Below are positions 34,701-46,700 of a DNA stretch of 64,000 bases, in pieces (position 1 is the stretch's first letter; each line of letters opens with the position of its first letter). A model generated the notes under the pieces. That model searched no databases, was not told the origin of the DNA, and worked only from the letters and a program-made list of their open reading frames with translations. A program made the translations under genes and the position numbers. Source of the stretch: Fimbriosthenelais zetlandica (taxonomy: Eukaryota); the NCBI GenBank assembly GCA_977030845.1, contig OZ365110.1, positions 17,484,001-17,548,000 of the forward strand. The letters run 5' to 3'.

Positions 34701-37700
34701 GAGGGAGCGTGGACCTGGTAGTCTATCTAGACTTAACATTCACAGTAATCCCTTATGGCAACATGTTCTCCCAGATCGAGATTAGGCCTAAATTATTTTG
34801 CGAAGAGTTTCAGCTATAGATATTTTACACAAGGGTCCCAATAGATTGGTTTAATACTTCCGGTTAATGATTTTATAGGATACACAATGCTCTCAATCGA
34901 TTATATTACAACTTCCGGTTTGCTCATTTCTTTATATATCATTTAAAACTTCTAGGAAGTTCTAACATTATATCAGATCAGAAAAACTCATATATAGTGA
35001 GTTTCGAGATTGTATTTCGGGTGTTTGACAATAAAGAGAACTACTCTTGCTTTAGTCTAATTGATCAGCTGTTTGCCTTGGCAGCAGTGCCTTGTAGTAC
35101 GTGACAGGTAGCCTTTTAGACTGACCTCCAGCCTCAATATTCTGGCGGGGAATGAATCGAGGCCATGTCTGCTGGTAGAAATGAGATTGGACTTGGCTGG
35201 TTGTATAATGGCAAGCTAGAATATCAAGCCAACACTTGACTGTATAGAGCGGCTCTGAATGAAACCATTCCAGCCACGCCTTTTGTCCATGATTCAACAG
35301 CACAGCATGGGAAAATATTGAACTGGTTCAGAAATCCCTCTTCGGGTAGCCTTCAACATGCCCTCCCCTTCTCCCTCCCTCTCTTTCCATCTCCCTCCCT
35401 TCCTTCCAACGCTTTAAATTGCATTACCCTCCTTTCCCAATATAGATGAGGATGTTCTTGATTAAAATACAGTTTCTAAATGTTCCTTAATTCAGGCAGT
35501 GTAATTAGACTTCAAATATCATTTCATTCACCCATGGATTCCGTTTCTGAGTAAAAATGCACTTCATTAGCCTGTACTCTTATGATTGGGTAATGGAGCA
35601 CATTACTGTTAGCCCCACCTGAAATAAGATAATGGTCTGATTGTAGAGAGAGGGTGTAATGTTAATTATGGCATGAACAGACATCCCCCAATAATGCCCA
35701 CATGGCAGCCCGTGCCAGCGACAACAATATTGACACATGCCTCCCTCCATTGAAAGTCAATGATGAAAAAACAGGCAGGGCAAACAGACACGGAGGCATT
35801 GCCAACATCAAGCTGTTCCTCTGTACCCAACTATTAAAGTTCACGGGGTTCAACATTATGATAATGATCATTCCTTCCAGTCAGGCGCAAACTTTTCCCT
35901 GTCAGCATTGATCAGTCCCACTTTCCAATATTACATTGAGGGGAAGAATGGCTTTGAAGTATGTCTTTACACCACCATTGTATTCTCTGTAATGATGTAA
36001 TTGAATGAAATATTGGGTGTATGCAATGTACTTTTACAGACTGTGTTCTAGGTCAGCAACCCTGTTGATAATGGAGGGTGAGATTATGCAATTGGAAAGT
36101 ACAAAGAGGTAAAAGGAAGTACAAAAATAACTGAATCTGCATTGATCTGTTTCAAAATTATCTGGTTGAATAAGTCTGCATGATTTTCATTCCTGAAAAG
36201 CTATACAATTTACTTCTGAAATCAAAATATGAAAAGCAAGTCATAGCAGTTGTTGGAAACATCCCAAATCGATTTCATGGACAGCTTATTGTTTTCAGTA
36301 GCAATTTAAGATTTCTTCACACGGAGTAAAAAATACATGAGCAGATGGCTAGTGATTGAGGTTCCACGTCTGTCCTGATGGCTATGGCACCCTGAAGCCC
36401 ATCCCAACACCTAATTCTACCTCCCCACAAGGGAGGAAAGTCAAACGAGCTTAGCCCTCTAGCGACTAGTGGCCATACTAATTGTGACTGATCATCCAAC
36501 TGTCCAACAGTCATGCATAATTCACCCCGAGAGCTGGAACGCCACCTTCCCCCACCCCCACCCCTACCTCCCACCGACCACATGGATGCTTAACTGCTTA
36601 ACCAGAGGGGAATGATGCTTGTTGAGGTGACATTAAATTTTCATTATCTTCTATGTTTAATGTTTCACCGAGTTAGGAGAGTGCATTGAGGCAGGTTAAT
36701 CACTAGGTGGTATATACTTCCCACAGAACCAAGATTGGCTGTACTCCGGCATGGAGATTGCCTTCAAGTTTCTTCTTATAAGATCACTATGATAATGGAG
36801 GTGATACATTTACGATGATGCCAGCAAAAATAGATAAGCTGCAGGTTTTAGTGGAATGAATATAGAACAATGATAATTTATGGGGTCCAAAGAGATTAAC
36901 ACATGTTGTAAGCAGTGCATGCTCAACAGTAAGAGTTGCTGTGCTTATATATGACCAGTACCAGACCAGCATTCCTTGGAGGTATATGTCAGTGTTCCCT
37001 TCCAAATAATCATTACAAGACTTTACGAGCGAAAGTGTTGGGTTATTAGCATTGGAACTGCCTTAGGCTTGGATTTATAAAGATAAACCGTTTTCACAAT
37101 GCGTGGTCATATTTCTTGCAAGCAGCCTCAAGCCAGAAGCCCTGACGTTAATTGACCTTTCATGGGTTTCGCCAGCTCCTGTCACTTCTAATGAACCCAT
37201 CCTTCCTTTCACCGCCTTCACTTCAACCAGGCACATGTAAGACCCTTGCCACTGGCAGGATAAAGAGATAACACCATAAGATATCCATTCTTATCTATAG
37301 CGATAAGCTCAAAAACAGCAGCTCTAATGCTGAAAAGGAAAGCACGGCTGGGGGATACGAGATGCTGGCTATATATGCATTATTCCACCCAGAATCCGGG
37401 ATCCAATCCTGCCTAGTAAACCCTCAAGGGAGCCATCTCACTGATAGGATGGCCCAGTTATCAGATTTATTGTCACGTGACTGGCTGTGATTTGCTCACG
37501 AGCAGATCCTGACATGGTCTCGCCGATAATGACTTAGTGTGATTGGGCGTCGTGAGAGCTTGCTTATAGCAAGCTGGCCTCTATGATATACAGGAAGCAT
37601 TTATGTCTGCCTTATGGCAGCAAAGAACCATCAGCAACTGACCTGACTCTGTAGAACTGCATGGCTAGTTGTTAGTTGTTGTCATATAGATGGTTACGCG

Positions 37701-40700
37701 TAAAGTAAAAGAGGGACAGAACCAGCAAGAAGCCCAACATTATCTTACATCTGAGAAATATTGTAGGCTACTTATTGCTGCTGTTGAGAGCATTTTCTTA
37801 CACATTAACAATTTAGAAATGGGTGTCTGTATAAAATGTGGTAAATGCAGCGGACAGCTGTTTTTCCTTTTCATCTAACTTCTGTATAAAATCTCATAAA
37901 TCAAGCTGGCTTACAGTTTACAGGGGTTTATATTTTGGATCCACATGGCTTCTCCTCATTCATGCCCAAATGTATGCATTTTTTTTCATCAGCGCAACTA
38001 TATAATTAATAGATATTATTCTGAAACTAACCCAAAGTTTTTTATATTTCCAGGGGTATTATCACCTACGCAATGATCATCGGGCGGTTGCCTTTCCGGA
38101 CGCCATTCCGGGATGAGTACCAACGCCAACAATTATTACAAATGATACAAAAAGGCTTGTCCGGATATCACGATAGAGAAATGCAGTGTCTTTCCACAGG
38201 TAGGTAAAATACTAAATGCTGGGAGTTCAAGCATATACTGTTGGAACTCTAATATCAACTGTAATTACAATAGACACCCTTAATGCCAGCAAGCGTGCAT
38301 CTGACGCTTTATCTAATCAGCAAATTACCCTGAGTTTAATGGATTTGAATATTACATCCGTCACTCAGGCCCATCCTAATCCCTATACATTAACCGGGCC
38401 ATGGCAGGTACAATGCCTGTGATGGCTGCAATAGTTAAGACTATAAACACGCAAATACGATGACTCATGACTTGGAGCAATATATTATTGATTTTATTAA
38501 CACCAACTGCTTCTGATTCTAGATTGCCGAAATTTATTACGGCAAATAATAGAACCAAATCCCGCCTTGAGAGTGCCGTTACAAGAGGTACAAAACCACC
38601 CATGGGTATCCAAGAACGGGAAATACCCCTTCCATCCATACATACCTCCCCCAAAGGATAAAATGATGCGACAACAAGTAAGTTGATGGCCTTTACAGAT
38701 CATTTGGAGCCTATGTTAATAATCTTACTCAATATATAATGTGCTCTTAACGCAGCAATGTATTTATAGCGTTTTAGCCTGTAACTCTCAGAATCTAACC
38801 ACAATCAGTGTGCTTTTTGATCGCTATTATCACTATGTCACTGACCTTTGTTTTGACCTTTTTCTTTTGAATAACCTCTAACCTTGACCTTGACCCATAT
38901 AGGCTGTAGGTGAGCTGGCCATCATGATGAGCATGAAACGACAATTGGTGCTGGAAACTGTGAACGAAAATCGGGCTGACGAGTTGTCAGCCATGTACAA
39001 CATGCTCATTGATGAAAAGAAGAAGGCTGCAGGTTAGTAAAACGCATGCTCAATCCCCAACCAACCATCCAACCAACCAATCGTTCCCAACCCCCCAGAA
39101 AACAACTACCCCTACTCTCTCTGCCTCTCTATCGCCAAAAGAGGGTGTGACATATATCACCCTCTGCTGAAAAGAAAAGCACACACAAGTCCTACCCGTG
39201 TGGCAGAGCCATATGAAATCTGTAGCTGTATAATTTCTAGTCCAAATTTTTTACGGGAAGATCTTTTATTTGCGTTCTGCCATCTTAGACCAAAAAAAAG
39301 AAAAGAAAACGAAACAGAAAGAAACACAGAAAAAAAGAACTGAATGTATCGATCTTGAATTCCCTGATGTTTTTCATCATAGAGAAAAATGCCACAACCG
39401 AAGTATTTGATGAGGATTCTGATGATGACTTGGAAGGTAAGATGATGGGTTAGCTTGGCCTAACTGCATCCTCTCTCAGACCCAAGGTGCTGGCGTCCAG
39501 CTTTTTTGTTTATCTGCATGTTTACTACAGAGGTCTCTTACATGATCATGTCTAACCTATTAAATATTATATATATAAAACCGCTAACATTGAGTGTTAC
39601 ATTTCTGTAGGAGCCTGAGTAAAAGATACAAGCAGTCCTCTCCGCTGAATCGATGATCAGTCAATCGACACAAACATCGCAAATCAATGATTTTGGTGAT
39701 GTTTGAGTGAAATTGTGACCAATGAATTTGCATTTTCGTCGAAAATAGTTTTTGGGAGAATGCAAGGAATTATTTTCAAAGTGAAACTAGATATTATATT
39801 TTGTGAAAATGAGTGAGAGACTGTAAGAGGAATTTATAATTTTTGTCATCGAGGAAGTTTGATCGCCAAATAATTTTGTTTTTCTTGATACCGATCAGTC
39901 CCTTACTGTCAAATTGCCTTGATTTGGGTACTTGCAGTCTTATACTTTGGCCATTATCATTTTCAGTATAGTATTCAGTTTTTTTTAATGATCCCCCGCT
40001 ATGATTTAATGTCTTTCGATCCAAACCTTTGCGGTTGGGCCTCGCCCATTGGCTTTAATGCTGTCAAATTTCCCCCGTGATGAAAGAAAATTTGTTTTAG
40101 AAAGGTATACACTTAATGGTCATATTAGTTATAATCTCTCTTCCCCTGTGGGAATTGTGACAACATGGATTCCCCCAGGCACCCTATACGTCCTTGTACC
40201 AGGCTTCCTGTTTTGTATCAATCTTGATTTGCAGTTGCCACTTTGTTTTTTGATTTAGGGACAATTAAAAGATTTTGCTTGTCTTTAAATAAAACTGGCT
40301 TGTACTCTGTTTACCCTTATCGTGGTGGGATGTTATATACCATTAAACCTATGATTTGTGAATGAGAGATTTAAGGATACTTTAGTAGCGTCTTGTGGTT
40401 TGTTTATGTCATGTCATAGTGTCCTTCCTTTTCCGGTTCTGGTCATATTTTTTATGTAATTAGCTAGCTTCATTTCTTCTGTGTTGGAGACTAAGTCTTT
40501 TAATGTTAATCCACGTTACTTAATTGAATTTATGTAATTCTCCATTGCCAAAGCTTGCTCCATGATTAATTAAGGCCATTGATTTAGATTTATGAAGACT
40601 TAATATACCAATCTCTAATTGTAGTATTAACAGTAAAAGAAAGTTTATGTAGAAAAGTAACTATATGGGAGATGGTGTATTAATAGTTGATTTTTCCTTT

Positions 40701-43700
40701 CTCATAATGTTATCTAATTTAAATAGTAAATGTAACTATATGTCCTTAAACCATGTTGTGTAGAAATCAGTATAAACCATTCCTCCCCTTTGTAACCCAT
40801 CTAACATGTCCCAAATTTAGACATAACCAAAACACGTACAGTAGATAACCAAATCACTTTCCTTCTGAGCCTAACTCTTTCCGGTAGGAGTCTGTCTTCT
40901 GACTCATTTTATGACAGCTATCTATATACTTTTAGCTTAGCCGGGAGTAAACACTGTAATAAGGATTAATAATCTCATATAATGAAGCGGGCTGAGATAT
41001 CAACCTTCTCCTTTCCCTAATGGCCAATAAGATGAATCATTCTTCTCATAGCATCATATATTTAAATTATCCTTTTGTATTAATTATTAAGACTAGTTTC
41101 CGTGATAGCTAAATGGGATCATACTGCAACTGATAAGTGGGTCTCTTCTAAATTGCTCGAAACCATTTTCTTAGTGATAACATCGGCAAGAAAATAAGCA
41201 TTTGAATAGTTTATCTGTCAGGCCTGAGATTAGGGACATGGACACTAATAATTCACGTTGATAAATCCCTAGACGATATAAAACCTAGACAAAATTTAAC
41301 GTCGGACAATCATGATATTTTAGGGATTTCTTGGTATTTCATTGTTTAGACAGGGTATGATAGTTGGGCCGTAGAGCCAAAGAATAATTGACCAACATCA
41401 TGGCTGTCAGTTGACACGGAGCTGCTCTTTCTAGAGCTGTGAGTTATTAGAGCATTTGCCTGGCTGGGAAGCTAGCAGCAGTCCCTTCACTGCCTGCTCC
41501 AGCAGCTGACTATAGAGGTGTGAAATGACCTGGCCTTCAATTGACCACTCCCTGGTGTCCACTCTTCCATCGGTGACCGGCTGACCAATCCTGATAACCG
41601 GTTTCACCCACAACTTCCATCTCCTCTGGTTAAGAAAAAATCCATTCGTGAGGAATGTCCTACCTAGATTCTCTAGCTAGACGATTATTGTGAACTTATG
41701 ATCCAGAAAATAGTGAGTTATTGGGTCTGTGGTCTCCTCATCAAGAATTCTTGAATAACATGTGAGATAGCATGAATTAGCTTGTGAATATGAGAATATC
41801 GGGGTGAATTCATATAATAGTTTCTATTAATTGGTGAAATTCTTTATTTTGGCATATTTCTATGTGAATCTTGGTGAAATTGATAGCAGAACCTTGCTGT
41901 ATTTGAACCACAGGCCTCCCCTCCAGGGTCTGCCTTCAGCCTTTCTGAGTTTGTCCAGCATGATTTATGGTTCCTCCAGCTTTCTGACTGATTGAGCAGC
42001 AGGCAGTGTATAAGACACGCCACTCAAGGTTTGAGCACTGACCCTTCAACATATCCCCTCATATTCACGCCTTGGTTTGCACTAGGTGTGTCGTTTCCAT
42101 TCTGCTGGGGATCTTTTAGCTAAATCTTTTATTGGTGCTTGGTTGTCTTTGATTCCGGTGTTTTTCCGTTGGTCAACCTCAGGTATGTCCTGGAATCATC
42201 CGTCCCCAATAACTGCAAGGCTCTGGGCCTGGAGGCTTCAAACTTACCTAATGTAATATATTCATGAAATTTTCCGATTCAAACACCACACCACATGTTT
42301 TCAGGGTGTTGAATGGTCTGCCCTCAAAGGCAGTAGATCATACTTCTGAGCTCAAGATCATCGTAGGACCCATATTGTTTTTATCTATATTGGCCTCGAA
42401 ATGCTCTTTTATTCTGATTTAATTTCCCGATGTCAGTGTTTTAGTCGCCGGGTCAGCTTTCAAGCCTACAGCTGTAATCATTACTTCCTGCCGCACTCTT
42501 TTTTTAAGAGTCACGTGCCTAATGCTTGTTCTACTAAATGCTTAGAGATCATCAATCACAGATCATGAGGGCGAGCGACTGAAGCTCTAGTACATTTCAT
42601 GATAATAACTAGGCCTTGAAAAAGCCTGGGAGAATCGCTGTTGGCGTGGGGTCAGGGGGCCATCCAGGGTTTCCACTGTACTTTCTGCCCATACGGAAGA
42701 ACGAAGGGAATTTAATCAGTATTGCTAAACAGACAAGAGGATCCCTGCCACTTGTGGTTTCATATTGCTGTCAATGACATGCATTAAGTGTATGAAACTG
42801 TGGACTCAACCGAAAAGAGCTGTCAGTGTCGTCATGTTTTTTTGACTCTGATGCAGATCATGATTACAAGAGGTTCATCTGTTCAGTTGGTTGCACTATT
42901 GAAAACATTTTTAATGTTTTTTCCAATATTTCCCCCTATGCCAAAACATCGCTTTCGATCTGTGATGTATGTGGTAATACCCTTCTTTATCCGAGTGACA
43001 TCGAAATTTCCAAGGAGACAGTTGAACAAATACTTGACCTTTGGGCCAAATCTTAATACAGAATACAGAAACAATCTTCCAGAAGACAGAGAGTAGGCAT
43101 CGTCCATCAAAATTCACATGAAGTATGACTCTTTATCGCTATATAAAGATGGAGTAAGGCTGGAGTCTATAGGCAATAGTACTGGATTGAAGGCTGTACT
43201 TGTTCTCTTCACAGTGTATTGTGATGCGAGCATGATATGAAAGGGTGATCTTTAAGTCACTGCACTTCTGGACCATTGATAGCATCTCCCAGCCGAGTAA
43301 TAAGAGAGTCCATCGTCCTTTCTGATTGATATGGCCATATCCCATGCATCTTTTGAAGCAGCAGATGCCAAGGCTTTTCTGAGTACTTACTGCACTCGCG
43401 GAAGGCCAATTGGCAGGCTACGATCAATTCCCCATTCTCCAGACGACATTTTTCTCACTGCCGGAAACATGGGAAGCAGAGAAAAACACGTCTGTTCCAA
43501 ACCCCAAGAACCCTGCACCCAGGTTTAACGAGGCCAAAGTGATTATTTCTCACTTTTTCCCTCCTGATAATGGATGATGAAGAGCATGAAGATGTTCCCC
43601 ATTCAAATGGAGCTCAAACTGAATGATTTAATAGGAAGAAAGTTGGTGAGAGCTGTTTTTTTGGGAGCAGCTTCAGGCTCCTTGAAATTAAATAGAAGTC

Positions 43701-46700
43701 ACTGACATTAAGTCTACATACTAGACATTCAATCACTTCATTAGCAGCACTCAGTGCCATGATTTCCCATATACACCGATTGCAAGTTTTAACGTGGATC
43801 TCTGAGAGTCTGGTAAAATCAGATGATAATGAAAAGGAAGGGAACTAATATGGACAATCGGGAAGGCTGTCACATTAATCACTCTGGCTAAAGTACATGT
43901 CAGTCTGAACTATCCAACCCCATCAGATTGAGATTAACATGCATTTGGTGGCAAATCAGTAGCGGCCTTATCGGAGATAGAGGAACACTGGTGGTTGAAC
44001 AGGCTCTATCGCACGTGTCGCGGGAGAATGCGAGGTTCACCGAGACTTTGGCGTGATGCGTGCACTCCGTGTCTGCATGCACTTCCGGCACAACCGGATA
44101 TGGCCCCGGTGGAGACCTCTGGGAGCCGAAATTGTAATGACACTCATCCTTCAAACTCGGCAAATTAATACAGAAGAACAAGACGGCGACCCGCTGTGTG
44201 ACCGCAGTCTGAAAGGACTGGAGGTGTTTAAGGGTCAAGGTCATGAAGAAAAAAGATGGCTGCCGTATAGGGTGACCTATCAGAGACGCGGGTCAACGTC
44301 TGTAAGCTTACATGGGTAGGAGCAGGAGAGCCCAACATCAAATATGTATGTTGTACTGGGTTTCTAATGATGCGCCTCGACTTGTTATAGACCATAGGTA
44401 GCGCCTAGCCCATGACAAGACATGACTTTATAAGGAGTGCATGATGATGATGTACATGCTGAACTTGTCCAGCAATAACATGCTCAAGGCCTAGTGATGA
44501 ATATCCTTTTTAAGTCATATGTCAACTCGATGGGCTTCATGCTGCTATAACCGACAATGACATCATTACTGGTGCCTGCCTCACGTGTATGTTGTTTCGA
44601 GATGTTGGCATGGTAACAAGCTTCTCATTCTTCGTTTCTGGCAATCTGCCTTTCAACCTATCTCCTATGAAAAGAAGTTTTTTTTCTCATCCCCCACCCT
44701 TGTCTGTCCTCAATGGGAAAACACATCCTTTTCTGTAATGTACAAGGTAGGCCTATGCCTTCCTCCCATGCACTACCCCGGGGGTTCTAAACCCCCTCCC
44801 CCTCCCCCTACCCTGATCAACCACTCCCCATACCACCACCCACCCGCCCACCCTACTTTACATCCCTGGATACCCAGCTAGTCGTGTGTCAAAGACCGTT
44901 GAAACAAGCCTTCCCATTGGTCGAATGGAGCTAGCGTTGGAAATCTGCCAATTGGTGCATCAATGGCATGGAGGACATCTAAAGGAGGGCTGAATAATCC
45001 ACGCTACACCCTTGTCATGAGGCTGACCACAGGGTCTAGAGCCAAGAGACCTTATCCAGGGAGCAATGTGCAACTCCCTCAGGCTATGTCTGCACTCCGC
45101 AACCTAGCCTTAGAGCAACTCAGCGTGAGATATTGCCAAACTAAGCATATGATGCAGTCTTTCTTACCTTATGACTGATGATCAGTGGTTACTTCCGAAT
45201 ATGCTATTGCCATCTGATGCCTCTGATGAGGCCTTCTTTATAAACGAGTCAGATGACTACAATCGGTACATGGAAAAAGAAACTGCCCAATTTATACATA
45301 GATTTGTCACCATACGTTGTATATAAAATAAATCCCCATGCATGAGGCGGAAGGTGGAGCAATGGGAGAAGGGCCAGTAAAGATAGTTGACATTCATTGA
45401 CAATGCATGGGAAAACGGCAATGAAAGTATTGGAGTTAATTAGTGAATGATAGGGCGGTGCCAGCAGTCTTTCCTTTGATGGATGGCATGTCTGGGGATT
45501 GGTAAACAGCGTGTCGTGTCCTTCTAGTACAAACCATTGAATGATTTATTCCCCAAGAGGTTTTAGGTGAAGCATCTACCAAGTTTTGGATATTTGATGA
45601 TGTGCTTGTGATCACCAGGCTGTTTTCCCTGGGAAAATAAATCTATGGTTTTAGTACAGTTTTCGATCCGAGAAAGTATTTTCAAATTTCAAGGAGAAGG
45701 TGGAATCATATATGGCAAATGTTGGGTATGCATTTTGAATGCAGTTGGGCACCGTGCCATTAAACTTGGAAGGCTAGTTAGGCGTGGGTGAAGAGGGTGA
45801 AGGATCAGGTGTGACCGTTATCATGGGAAAGGAGACCTGTCATTCCCCAGCTTGATCCCCTCGGGGCTTCACCGACTTTACTGCTGTACAGCCCGTCTAG
45901 TTGTGACGGATCGTGCCCGTCTCACCCGCCCTCGGGATTTGCCGACTATCCTCTGGGAGTCAGGTGTAGCATTTGGGATGGTGGGAAGCTAGGGGATGAG
46001 GGATTTAGGGTCTCACTGAAAAGTGAAGCCATTCCATGGGGGCCGATCAGATTTACTTGGTGCATGGGAAGGTAATATGGTAGTAAGGAATATGAAATCA
46101 TCTCAAGACTGATCATAAATATTTCAGTCTTATTTCTTGTATTACACATTAATGATGTGACATGTCCTATAGTTACACTAAGTCAGTGTTATTCACTGAT
46201 TCCTCTTGACATTAGCCATGGTCAAATGTAAGAGGAAAATCTCGCAGACAATGTATTATTCCCTGTTGATAGGTCAATTTTCCTTATACTACTTATGGGG
46301 AATCCACCATAAAAGGACCATTCATATACTACCTACATCAAGTCCGGGCCAGAAATTTGAAAAAGTATCTTCAAAATTAAACACGTTCAGCCTGAAGAGG
46401 TTTTCAATCATAATTTTGACCAATCTGTCATTCATTTTCATCAGTGTTTTGACCATCAAGAAATCTGTTGGGAAATGAACGACTGGCGATGGCAGTCAAT
46501 TGCTCATGTCACGCTCAGTACAATGAGGTACTCATGCATTGAGTAGCTCTGATTGACCTTCAGATAACCTGTGTTTTGACAAGGCTAGAAGTCAAATCAA
46601 CCGGCAGTCCATTGCCCAGCGTCTGCCTCCGGAAATGGTCATCCGACCTGGCAACTAATGCCCACAGTGACCGTTGACCATTCGCACCTGGCCTTGACCA

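Noticed and set aside
36380-36410. WDGLQ on the minus strand resembling influenza PB1 pre-motif C
   Set aside because: Not followed by SSDD; an isolated 5-aa match is expected by chance.
44435-44475. MMMYMLNLSS resembling orthomyxoviral PB1 motif B
   Set aside because: Arises from an (ATG)4 microsatellite; conserved Gly residues are absent and no SDD follows at the proper distance.
45220-45250. CTGATGAG hammerhead-like core (also 31515)
   Set aside because: No stem II closed by GAAA and no stems I/III.
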